From: Breznakia sp. PF5-3
Lineage (GTDB): Bacteria; Bacillota_I; Bacilli_A; Erysipelotrichales; Erysipelotrichaceae
Assembly: GCF_029504745.1 (NCBI RefSeq)
Contig: NZ_JAQFIQ010000002.1
Location: forward strand, 30,001-62,000
Length of the DNA: 32,000 nt
Reading direction: 5' to 3'
Notes under the pieces: model-generated
Told to the model about the DNA's origin: nothing
The model's database searches: none
What the model saw: the letters and a program-made list of their open reading frames with translations, nothing else
Shown here: positions 24,613 to 32,000 of the stretch, piece after piece
How positions within the stretch are numbered: the first letter of the stretch is position 1
How the letters are laid out: each line of letters opens with the position of its first letter
Made by a program: the position numbers and the translations under genes

Positions 24613-24640
24613 GGAACTGTAAGAGACATGGAGGCTATTT

Positions 24641-25702
24641 ATGAATAAAATAAAACAAGTGATTGAAACGTTTCCTAAGACAGATATATGGGTGGATTCA
24701 TTTCATGTAGAAGACCATAAAGCAGCAATTGCTTTAGGCAGTGTAGGGGTTACTACAAGTCCAACATGGGTATCAAGGATGATGCTTAATGAAGATCAAC
24801 AAGCAAATGTTGAAAAGATAATTGCTGATAACCCTAATGATAATGAATTTGAAATTATGTGGAAATGGACATTGGCAATGGGAAAAGAACGTAGTAAGGT
24901 AATGTTGCCAATTTGGGAAGCAGGACAACCTCAAAAAGGACGTTTCTCTATTCAAACATCCATTTTAGAATATCGTAATGCAGAACGTATGATTGAAATG
25001 GCTGAAGAAGTTGATGCTTTAGGTGCAAATATGCAAGTGAAAATACCAGCTACAACTGCCGGTATCAAAGCAATGGAAGAAGCAACGTATAAAGGAATCA
25101 GTGTCATGGCAACAATCTGCTTTAGTGTAGATCAAGCAGTTGCTGTTGCAGAAGCAATTGAGCGAGGGATGAAGCGTAGAGAAGCAGAAGGCAAAGACAA
25201 TACGATGTTGAATCCTGTGTGTGCTGTGTTATTAGGAATGCAGGAAGATTGGTTAAAAGACTACGCAGAGAAAAACAATATCGTTGTTCATCCAAGTGCG
25301 CTTCCTTGGGCAGGGGTTGCAATCTGTAAGAAAGTTGCTGAGGTATACAAAGAACGTGGATTTAAAACACGTATCCTTACTGCATATTATCGTCATCATT
25401 TACACTATTCAGAATTCTTTGGTGGAGATATCATTATGACGATACCGTATAAATGGCAAAAACGTTTTGATAATAGTGATGTAGTTGTGGAAGAAACAAT
25501 GTCGAAGAAAGTAGATTCAAAGATTATGGAAGAATTATTTAAATTGGAACCATTTGTGAAAGCTTATAGTGAGAATAGCTTTGTTATGGATTTATTTGAT
25601 TCCATTCCACCAGTGATTCTAACAATTCGTTACTTTACTCAATGCTATGAGGATGCACTTACAGAAGTAAAGAATATCATGTTGCCAGATCCATTAAAAT
25701 AA
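24641..25702 (+). CDS. Transaldolase-family protein (long, ~350-aa type)
   Basis: FPKTDIWVDSF opens the protein. MQVKIPATTAGIKAMEE supplies the Schiff-base lysine context. GISVMATICFSVDQAVAVAEA is typical of the transaldolase fold. Confidence 0.8.
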   Translation: MNKIKQVIETFPKTDIWVDSFHVEDHKAAIALGSVGVTTSPTWVSRMMLNEDQQANVEKIIADNPNDNEFEIMWKWTLAMGKERSKVMLPIWEAGQPQKGRFSIQTSILEYRNAERMIEMAEEVDALGANMQVKIPATTAGIKAMEEATYKGISVMATICFSVDQAVAVAEAIERGMKRREAEGKDNTMLNPVCAVLLGMQEDWLKDYAEKNNIVVHPSALPWAGVAICKKVAEVYKERGFKTRILTAYYRHHLHYSEFFGGDIIMTIPYKWQKRFDNSDVVVEETMSKKVDSKIMEELFKLEPFVKAYSENSFVMDLFDSIPPVILTIRYFTQCYEDALTEVKNIMLPDPLK

Positions 25703-25706
25703 TCCC

Positions 25707-25747
25707 AAAAACAGTTGACGCTATTTAAAATAAACAACTGTTTTTTT
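25707..25747 (+). terminator. Terminator after the transaldolase gene
   Basis: AAAAACAGTTG (25707-25717) pairs with CAACTGTTTTT (25735-25745). The loop is 17 nt and the T7 run spans 25741-25747. Confidence 0.5.
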
Positions 25748-25774
25748 ATTATCATATATATTATAATAAGAGCA

Positions 25775-26713
25775 ATGGAAGAAAATATAAAATTAGCGAA
25801 TATTACTGTTTATTATAATCAAACAACAGTCCAAGAATTGATAAATAAGGGCTATTCTTTTACGATGAAAGAAGTAGAATATCATCAAGACTCAAAAACT
25901 TTAATGTGTGGTTTTTATAAAGATAATATGTATTATGGAGAATTGGTGTTTTATGATATACCTCATCATTTCACAAGGAAAGATATTTTGAAATATAAAA
26001 TACAACTTATATTATTGGAAGAAAAGCCAAAACAAAAATATACAAAAGTATTAAAAGAAGATATGAGCTTTTTAGGATTTATGGAATTTAAAGGGAAGCA
26101 AGGAAAAAATGATATTAAACTTCTTCTAGTCTTTTATTCAATTGTATTACTTTTAGGTTTTATCTTTGGTGATTCAATTCCCCAAGAATTAAAAATCGTT
26201 ACTTTGATTTTGCCATTCGCATTCTTTGGTTTAGCATTTGTATTTTGGGTTGTGAAATTAATTTTTTGGAAAGTCTTTCAATCGTTTTCTAAAAAAACAG
26301 CTTTTGGAATACTCTTTTTATCTATTTTTTTATGGTTTTTAATATTTGCCAATATTATTGATTATTTGCGAAATCAAAATACAGATTCATGGATACTCGT
26401 TATAGTGATGGCATTAGGTGTATTGGCAGTTCCAACTTTTGGTATCTATCAAGGGATGAAATTTTTATTTCATAAAGTGATATCCATGAAGAAAAAAGAA
26501 ATGATAATGTATGTTATCATACCACATGGCTTGCTATATAGTTTAGTATATCTTTATATTGCTTATTTTCGCGAATCTACTTTGTATCCACAAAATCAAA
26601 CGCTACTACTATTATATGAAATTTCTGTTTTAATTTATTGCATGTTTTCATTAAGAGCTTTTTTGAATTGTATTTTAGCTCTGACACTTTTCAAAAAAAA
26701 GCCTATTAAATAG
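25775..26713 (+). CDS. Polytopic membrane protein with a ~130-aa soluble N-terminal domain; unknown function; start uncertain
   Basis: Several clearly hydrophobic helices lie in the C-terminal two-thirds (LLLVFYSIVLLLGFIF, IVTLILPFAFFGLAFVFWVV, FGILFLSIFLWFLIFANII, ILVIVMALGVLAVPTFGI...). The track start 25715 (TTG) lies inside the upstream terminator, so I chose ATG 25775. That start has no convincing SD. Confidence 0.5.
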   Translation: MEENIKLANITVYYNQTTVQELINKGYSFTMKEVEYHQDSKTLMCGFYKDNMYYGELVFYDIPHHFTRKDILKYKIQLILLEEKPKQKYTKVLKEDMSFLGFMEFKGKQGKNDIKLLLVFYSIVLLLGFIFGDSIPQELKIVTLILPFAFFGLAFVFWVVKLIFWKVFQSFSKKTAFGILFLSIFLWFLIFANIIDYLRNQNTDSWILVIVMALGVLAVPTFGIYQGMKFLFHKVISMKKKEMIMYVIIPHGLLYSLVYLYIAYFRESTLYPQNQTLLLLYEISVLIYCMFSLRAFLNCILALTLFKKKPIK

Positions 26714-26720
26714 GCTTTTT
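26693..26720. terminator. Bidirectional terminator shared by convergent genes
   Basis: The structure is A8, GCCTAT (26701-26706), loop TAA, ATAGGC (26710-26715), T5. It reads as hairpin plus T-run on both strands. It overlaps the last codons and stop (TAG 26711-26713) of the + strand gene and lies 3 nt beyond the - strand PHI stop. Confidence 0.75.
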
Positions 26721-26722
26721 AA

Positions 26723-27286
26723 TTACTCTAAATTGGCATGGTATTGCCACAATGATTTCATATCAATGTTTTGATCTTCAATCAACATCAACGCAATGGT
26801 ATCACCTAATAATAGAAGTGATTGTTCGAAAAGGCTTGTCATTGGTTGTTTTGAAGGTATTTCATCAGGTAAGTACAATTTTGTTCTTACTGGAATACGG
26901 ACAAATAAGTTTGAGTATTCTTTCATTGGACTATCTGGGTTTGCCCCAATATGTGCAACATTGGCTTCAAATTGTTTAGCTTTTTTTGCCATTGCTAGAG
27001 GAAATGCTGTTTGACCACTTCCTGACCCTACAATTAATAAGTCTTTATCAGTAATTGCTGGTTCGGTAATTTGTCCGACAACTACGGTTTGGATTCCTAG
27101 ATGAGCCAAACGCTTAGCAATTGCTTGTAAAGATAATAAGACTCTACCTACTCCAACAAAGAATACCTTCTCCGCAGAACAAATTAAGTTAATCAATTCT
27201 TGTACTTGTTGTTCATCAATAGAATTCATTGTATTGTTTAATTCTTCAATAATAATTTTTTGTGTCTCTTTATAAGATTCTTTCAT
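26723..27286 (-). CDS. 6-phospho-3-hexuloisomerase-like SIS protein (second copy)
   Basis: 187 aa with VFFVGVGRV and LLIVGSGSGQT. The PHI-type C-terminus is KQPMTSLFEQS...YHANLE, parallel to the copy at 13924-14484. Confidence 0.8.
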   Translation of the reverse strand: MKESYKETQKIIIEELNNTMNSIDEQQVQELINLICSAEKVFFVGVGRVLLSLQAIAKRLAHLGIQTVVVGQITEPAITDKDLLIVGSGSGQTAFPLAMAKKAKQFEANVAHIGANPDSPMKEYSNLFVRIPVRTKLYLPDEIPSKQPMTSLFEQSLLLLGDTIALMLIEDQNIDMKSLWQYHANLE

Positions 27287-27287
27287 T

Positions 27288-27974
27288 TTATTTTAATCCT
27301 TTCATAATAGCTTCATCTAGAATTTTTTTATTTTCTGATAATGTATTATTTTTCATGAATAAACTTGTGCTCCCTAATACTAGATTATCAGCTCCTGCTT
27401 TTACGAGCATGGGAACCGTATCTAAAGAAACACGACCATCAACTTGTATTTTGGTAGTTAGTTCTCTTTGTTTGATTAAGTTATGTAAATCTTCTACTTT
27501 TTGTTTTGCGTATGGTACTTGTTTCTCATTTGCATTTGTCGCAAACCCTGGATTGATTAACATCAGCATGATAAGGTCAACCTGTGGAAGAATATAATCA
27601 AGTGTTGATAATGATGTAGCAGGATTTAGTGCTACACCAACGGTTGTTCCACGTTGTTTAATTAAGTTAATATAACGATCAACATGTAAACTAGTTTCAT
27701 AATGGAAGGTGATGTGTTGAACCCCAATATCAAGTAATTCATTGATAAAGTATTCATTGTTTAATGACATGATATGAACATCAAAAGGTAAATCGGTAAT
27801 CCTTCTTAATTTTTTTACCGTATCAATTCCTAACGGCATACTAGGACTGAAAGCACCATCAATAATATCAATATGTAGCGTATCAATACCAATTTTTTCA
27901 ATTTCACGAATGCTTTTCTCAAGATTAGTAAGATCCATACACATTACAGATGGAGATAACGTAATTGTTCTCAT
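27288..27974 (-). CDS. Ribulose-phosphate 3-epimerase family protein (AlsE/allulose-6-P-epimerase-like)
   Basis: LSPSVMCMDL, HIDIIDGAFSPSMPLG, FDVHIM, FHYE, ALNPAT, MLINPGFA, QVDGRV and VLGSTSLF follow the RPE TIM-barrel motif order. Confidence 0.82.
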   Translation of the reverse strand: MRTITLSPSVMCMDLTNLEKSIREIEKIGIDTLHIDIIDGAFSPSMPLGIDTVKKLRRITDLPFDVHIMSLNNEYFINELLDIGVQHITFHYETSLHVDRYINLIKQRGTTVGVALNPATSLSTLDYILPQVDLIMLMLINPGFATNANEKQVPYAKQKVEDLHNLIKQRELTTKIQVDGRVSLDTVPMLVKAGADNLVLGSTSLFMKNNTLSENKKILDEAIMKGLK

Positions 27975-27977
27975 ATA

Positions 27978-28856
27978 TTATTCCTCCTCCTTTGGTGGTA
28001 AGTTTCGATTATAGATATCAAAATATTCTTGATATAGACTAGGGTCTTTATCTGCATGAATCTGAGCAGCAAACAAAGCTTCTGGATATTTTTGAATAGT
28101 CTCTAAATTAACTTCCCGTGGCGCTTGTGATTCAATCCATTTACCATTAGGACCAATAACACGAAGATCGTCATTAATATGATCTTCCATATTGAATTTT
28201 TTAAGCATCATTGGGATATACATTTCTTCTGCATACCATGCTAATTTAAAGGTTTCTGAAACATAGTCGAAATTCTGTGCTAGAACAGCAGCACTCTTGT
28301 GATTTAAGATAAAGTAAGGACTTCCGATAAGGATTTCATCATCTAATTTTCTGCGAATACCAAAGATATTGAAAATCGCTCCACTTCCTTTTGCAACCGC
28401 TCTTGAAATCTTTCCTGTTGGAAAAGATAAAAGGTTTGTTAATGGATAAAACTTTAATGTTTTCTTTCGTAGATTCTCATCTTCTGCCTCGCTACGATCA
28501 ATAGAATAGAAATTTGTTTTTTTAGTTTCTAAATAAGCAACAATATCTTCACGAGTTTTAATCGGCATCATACCATCACTGAGGTTGATAAAGTAATCAA
28601 AACCTCCTAACTCAACTGCCTCTTTTAACTGAAGGATTGTTCCTCTAGCCATTGAAAGGTCTCCTTCTTGGGCATATTCTTGTACGGAAGAAATATGCAC
28701 TTTTGGGCTTTCTGCATATACAAAATGTATTTTTTCACGTAAATCATTATCATTGATCATAATGAAAACATGATCTCCTTGTTTGATTAGTTGATTGATA
28801 GATTCAATCACTTCATCATACTCTCTATAAGAGTGAACTAAATAGGCTATTTTCAT
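27978..28856 (-). CDS. GT14 / core-2-I-branching-enzyme-like glycosyltransferase-family protein (cytoplasmic)
   Basis: I moved the start to MKIAYLVHS (ATG complement 28854-28856, GAGGA 7 nt upstream on the - strand). KIAYL..H, YFINLSDGMMPIKTREDIVAYLE, LIGSPYFILNHKSA and AEEMYIPMML resemble the bacterial Branch-domain (GT14) pattern. I see no signal peptide or TM helix. Confidence 0.55.
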   Translation of the reverse strand: MKIAYLVHSYREYDEVIESINQLIKQGDHVFIMINDNDLREKIHFVYAESPKVHISSVQEYAQEGDLSMARGTILQLKEAVELGGFDYFINLSDGMMPIKTREDIVAYLETKKTNFYSIDRSEAEDENLRKKTLKFYPLTNLLSFPTGKISRAVAKGSGAIFNIFGIRRKLDDEILIGSPYFILNHKSAAVLAQNFDYVSETFKLAWYAEEMYIPMMLKKFNMEDHINDDLRVIGPNGKWIESQAPREVNLETIQKYPEALFAAQIHADKDPSLYQEYFDIYNRNLPPKEEE

Positions 28857-28939
28857 TCGAAAATCCTCACTTTCACCCATTCATTATATCATTATATGAA
28901 GTAAAATATGATGATATTTGTCATTATTTTAAATATTAG

Positions 28940-28966
28940 TTGACACTCAAATTATAATGTTATAAC
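28940..28966 (+). promoter_or_regulatory. Candidate promoter of the cupin-PGI operon (TTGACA plus extended -10)
   Basis: TTGACA (28940-28945) and TGtTATAAC (28958-28966). The spacer is only 15 nt, so the geometry is uncertain. The -10 lies inside the operator palindrome. Confidence 0.35.
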
Positions 28967-28969
28967 ATT
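28953..28969. promoter_or_regulatory. Operator candidate, copy 2 (identical 17-mer TATAATGTTATAACATT)
   Basis: This is an exact 17-nt match to 19973-19989. The palindromic core AATGTTATAACATT spans 28956-28969. It sits in the divergent intergenic region between the GT14-like operon (-) and the cupin-PGI operon (+). Confidence 0.7.
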
Positions 28970-28988
28970 TAGGTGTGGAGGTACGTTT

Positions 28989-29546
28989 ATGGAAATATTT
29001 GATCCTAGAGTTCAACATGATTTTGTGAATGGAATTGTCGAAGGAAAAGATGTGAAAATTAGCAAAAAATATTATCGTGATGCAAAACATTTCTATCTTA
29101 ATCCAGATGCTTCTTTAGCTGATGATACCCTTATGTATCAAGTGTATTCTTATAGTGAGGGAAACAGTGAGCAAGTAGGTAATCTTAATTGGGGATTGAC
29201 TGTATTAAAACCTGTTTCTGTGAATCAAGAATGCAATATGACACGTGGTCATTTTCATGAAAATTTGGATTGTGCAGAGTTTTATTTTGGCTTAGGTGGA
29301 GAAGGATTGTTATTGATGATGAAAGAAGATGGCACTTGTTTTGCGGAAAAAGTGTTTTTAAATTCACTGCATCACATTGATGGTAGTGTAGCTCATCGTT
29401 TAATCAATACAGGAAATGAAGATTTAAAGGTGGGAGCTTGTTGGCCAACGATTGCAGGGCATGATTATGAACGAATTGAAAAACATCCATTTGGTGCCAG
29501 AGTTTTTAAAAAAGATGATGAATTAGTCATAGAGGAGGATAAATAA
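28989..29546 (+). CDS. Cupin-type glucose-6-phosphate isomerase family protein
   Basis: 185 aa. GNLNWGLTVLKP...MTRGHFHE...AEFYFGLGGEGLLLM resembles the metal site and beta-barrel of archaeal/Firmicute cupin PGIs. SD GGAGG lies upstream. Confidence 0.75.
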   Translation: MEIFDPRVQHDFVNGIVEGKDVKISKKYYRDAKHFYLNPDASLADDTLMYQVYSYSEGNSEQVGNLNWGLTVLKPVSVNQECNMTRGHFHENLDCAEFYFGLGGEGLLLMMKEDGTCFAEKVFLNSLHHIDGSVAHRLINTGNEDLKVGACWPTIAGHDYERIEKHPFGARVFKKDDELVIEEDK

Positions 29547-31285
29547 TGGCTTATTTGAATTTTAAATCAAAGTATGATAAATATCCTAGTACAAAAGTAG
29601 AAGGACATCATGCAATACAAGGATATGATGCAATATTAGAAGCATTAAAAACAAAGATAAACAAAGAAGATTTTATTCTTTGTGTGGATACTTATCCTGG
29701 TGTTGATGATACGGAAGTATTGGAACAATTGAAAAAATTAAATCCAGATACCTTGATTGAAACAATTGATATTTTTAAAGATAGTTCTACAATCAATGAG
29801 CAAATTAAATATCAAATGACAGATGATCGCGTATTTGGAAATATGTATAATGGAAAAGTAACCGATTTTATTGATGAAGAAAGATTAAAAGAAGCAACAG
29901 CAAAAGCTTCATCGGCAAAGGGATTAACTATTATTTATGGGTTTGGAGCATTTCTTGTGCAAAACCCAGATTTAGCTGTATATTTGGATATGGCTCGTTG
30001 GGAGATTCAAGCTCGTTTACGTGCAGGTGGTGGAAACTATAAAGCAGGTAATGAGGCAGAAGATGCATTGCGTAAATTTAAACGTGGTTATTTCTTTGAA
30101 TGGCGTATTGCAGATAAGCATAAAATGCAATATATCAAAAAAGTAGATTACTTTATCGATACAAATAAAGCAAATGATCCAAAGATGATCAGTGGAGATG
30201 CATTCCAAAAAGCATTAGATATGATTGTAACAAAACCATTTCGAACAGTTCCTTACTTTGATCCAGGAGTATGGGGTGGTCAATGGATGAAGGAAGTATG
30301 TAACCTTGATACAAGTAAAGCAAATTATGCATGGAGTTTTGATGGCGTTCCAGAAGAGAATAGTGTTTTATTTGATTTTGATGGAACAGTACTAGAATTT
30401 CCAGCGATGGATGTTGTTTTATCAAGACCAAAAGAATTGTTGGGACCTCAAGTATATGCAAGATTTGGAGCCGAATTTCCAATTCGTTTTGACTTCTTAG
30501 ATACAATGGAAGGACAAAATCTTTCATTGCAAGTGCACCCACTAACAGAGTACGCAAAGAAACAATTTGGAATTAGTTATACACAAGATGAAAGCTATTA
30601 TATTTTGGATGCAGTTGAAGGAGCTAAGGTATATCTTGGGCTAAAAGAAAATATTAATCCAGATACGATGATTGACGAATTGCGTCAAGCAAACAAAGGT
30701 GAAATTGTATTTGATGCTGAAAAGTATATTAATACCTTTGAAGTGAAAAAGCACGATCACTATTTAATTCCAGCAGGAACTTGTCATTGTAGTGCTACAG
30801 GAACAATGGTATTAGAAATTAGTGCTACACCATATATTTTCACTTTCAAATTATGGGATTGGGAAAGATTAGGTCTTGATGGATTGCCTAGACCAGTACA
30901 TATTGAACATGGAAAAGAAGTAATTCAGTGGGATCGTACAACCCCATGGGTAGAAAAAAACTTAGTAAACAACTTTTATGATGTTGATGAAGATTGTGGA
31001 TGTCGTGTAGAACATACGGGATTACATGAGTTGGAATTTATTGAAACTAGAAGATATACAATAGATAAAAATTCAAAGCATAGTACCAATAATACAGTAA
31101 ATATGCTAAACTTAATTGACGGAAAAGAAGCAATTGTAGAAAGTGTAAATGGAGAATTTGAACCATTTGTTGTACATTATGCAGAAACATTTATCATTCC
31201 TGCAAATGTAAAAGAATATACGATTCGTCCCTATGGGTTAAGTGAAAACGAGGAAATTAAAGTTATTAAAGCATATGTAAGGTAG
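29546..31285 (+). CDS. Long (579 aa) class I mannose-6-phosphate isomerase-like protein with a ~235-aa N-terminal extension
   Basis: The C-terminal ~340 aa carry PMI motifs (PGVWGGQWM, LSLQVHP, QDESYYILDA, GTCHCSA, FKLWDWER). I do not recognise the N-terminal 235 aa. The start overlaps the PGI stop (TAATG), with AGAGGAGGA upstream. Confidence 0.8.
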   Translation: MAYLNFKSKYDKYPSTKVEGHHAIQGYDAILEALKTKINKEDFILCVDTYPGVDDTEVLEQLKKLNPDTLIETIDIFKDSSTINEQIKYQMTDDRVFGNMYNGKVTDFIDEERLKEATAKASSAKGLTIIYGFGAFLVQNPDLAVYLDMARWEIQARLRAGGGNYKAGNEAEDALRKFKRGYFFEWRIADKHKMQYIKKVDYFIDTNKANDPKMISGDAFQKALDMIVTKPFRTVPYFDPGVWGGQWMKEVCNLDTSKANYAWSFDGVPEENSVLFDFDGTVLEFPAMDVVLSRPKELLGPQVYARFGAEFPIRFDFLDTMEGQNLSLQVHPLTEYAKKQFGISYTQDESYYILDAVEGAKVYLGLKENINPDTMIDELRQANKGEIVFDAEKYINTFEVKKHDHYLIPAGTCHCSATGTMVLEISATPYIFTFKLWDWERLGLDGLPRPVHIEHGKEVIQWDRTTPWVEKNLVNNFYDVDEDCGCRVEHTGLHELEFIETRRYTIDKNSKHSTNNTVNMLNLIDGKEAIVESVNGEFEPFVVHYAETFIIPANVKEYTIRPYGLSENEEIKVIKAYVR

Positions 31286-31293
31286 GTGTAATT

Positions 31294-32000
31294 ATGAAAC
31301 TAAACCATTCGAAAGAGGCAATGCCCTTATATCTTCAAATAAAAAATCATTTGAAACAAAAAATAGAAAATAAAGAATATAAAATGAATGATATAATTCC
31401 TGGAGAATTAGAACTGGAAAAAATTTATAATGTGAGTAGAATTACAGTACGTCAGGCAATTCTCGAACTGGAAAGAGAAGGTTATGTTTCAAGAGCACGA
31501 GGAAAAGGAACAACTGTAATCTATAATGACAAGATTAATGAATTCTTGTTTGAGATTAAATCTTTTACTAAAGAAATGGAAGATCGAGGCATAACACCAT
31601 CGACAAAATCTGTGGAGATGAAAAAAGTAAAAGCAAATGCAGATGTGGCAAAAGTTTTCAATATCAAAGAAGATGATGAAGTATTTTTATTGCATCGTGT
31701 ACGTTGTGGAAATGGCGAACCAGTTGTAATTTTTCATACATATTTAAATAGTAAATATCCATTTCCAATGGATAAAGAGAAATATATGAATTCAATGTAT
31801 GATGTATTTGATGAAATAGGGGTAAAAACACCTGTTCGTGTTTGTGAAACATTTGAAGCAATTTCAGCGTCAGCAGAAGTGGCTAAAGAATTAGAAATTA
31901 AAGAAGGTAGCCCTATTTTCTTTAGAGTCAGAAAATCATACGATATCTATGATGAAATAGTAGAGTATAGTTTATGTTATTACCCAGGTAATAAATATAC
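31294..32000 (+). CDS. GntR-family (HutC/UTRA-type) transcriptional regulator; 3' end outside the window
   Basis: This gene is absent from the ORF track because it has no stop in the window. Translation from ATG 31294 gives MKLNHSKEAMPLYLQIKNHLKQKIENKEYKMNDIIPGELELEKIYNVSRITVRQAILELEREGYVSRARGKGTTV, a GntR wHTH. A UTRA-like effector domain follows (...HRVRCGNGEPVVIFHTYL...), and the frame is open to nt 32000. Confidence 0.85.
   Translation, partial: MKLNHSKEAMPLYLQIKNHLKQKIENKEYKMNDIIPGELELEKIYNVSRITVRQAILELEREGYVSRARGKGTTVIYNDKINEFLFEIKSFTKEMEDRGITPSTKSVEMKKVKANADVAKVFNIKEDDEVFLLHRVRCGNGEPVVIFHTYLNSKYPFPMDKEKYMNSMYDVFDEIGVKTPVRVCETFEAISASAEVAKELEIKEGSPIFFRVRKSYDIYDEIVEYSLCYYPGNKY

Noticed and set aside
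26752-27597. Plus-strand ORFs 26752..26979, 26796..27014 and 27262..27597
   Set aside because: They lie opposite the clearly homologous PHI-like and RPE-like genes on the minus strand, so they are shadow ORFs.
1-32000. Search for a glycyl-radical activating enzyme (radical-SAM CxxxCxxC) partner for the GRE
   Set aside because: No track ORF or intergenic translation I read contains a CxxxCxxC cluster or an activase-like N-terminus. I conclude it is absent from this window, not that it is absent from the genome.
1-32000. Mobile elements, prophage genes, CRISPR arrays, tRNA/rRNA genes and toxin-antitoxin pairs
   Set aside because: I saw no transposase, integrase or recombinase-like translation, no regularly spaced short repeats, and no tRNA-like or rRNA-like sequence in the intergenic regions. 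The only insertion-like footprint is the duplicated terminator flank reported as a finding.

Overview
This is a low-GC, gene-dense stretch typical of Bacillota. The glycyl-radical enzyme and the PTS/cre features point to an anaerobic gut-type Firmicute, but the taxon is inference only. I support 29 protein-coding genes. I found no rRNA, tRNA, CRISPR array, transposase or integrase. Almost everything is sugar-phosphate metabolism: a split transketolase, two DeoR-headed modules, a mannose-family PTS (EIIA/B/C/D), a transaldolase, three class I phosphomannose isomerase paralogues, two 6-phospho-3-hexuloisomerases plus one hexulose-6-P synthase, a cupin-type glucose-6-P isomerase, an RPE/AlsE-like epimerase, two Cof-type HAD phosphatases, an MFS transporter and a GntR regulator. 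No sugar kinase is present. Two loci stand out as candidate undescribed systems. (1) A two-gene operon (1832-8144) encodes 1137-aa and 960-aa proteins that both start with a WGR domain and are otherwise unrecognisable to me. It sits out of context between the transketolase genes and a DeoR gene, and is bracketed by about 55-nt imperfect direct repeats that each contain a terminator. (2) A DeoR / DeoC-type aldolase / glycyl-radical enzyme module (8263-12368). The enzyme has the Cys-x-Glu eliminase motif, no activase is in the window, and the aldolase and enzyme promoters share an AGTTTTWGAA motif. A third notable signal is an identical 17-nt palindromic operator candidate (TATAATGTTATAACATT). 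It links the manA-2 promoter to the divergent promoter region of the cupin-PGI/long-PMI/GntR operon and the GT14-like/epimerase/PHI operon. All calls come from reading the sequence and the ORF translations; no searches were run.
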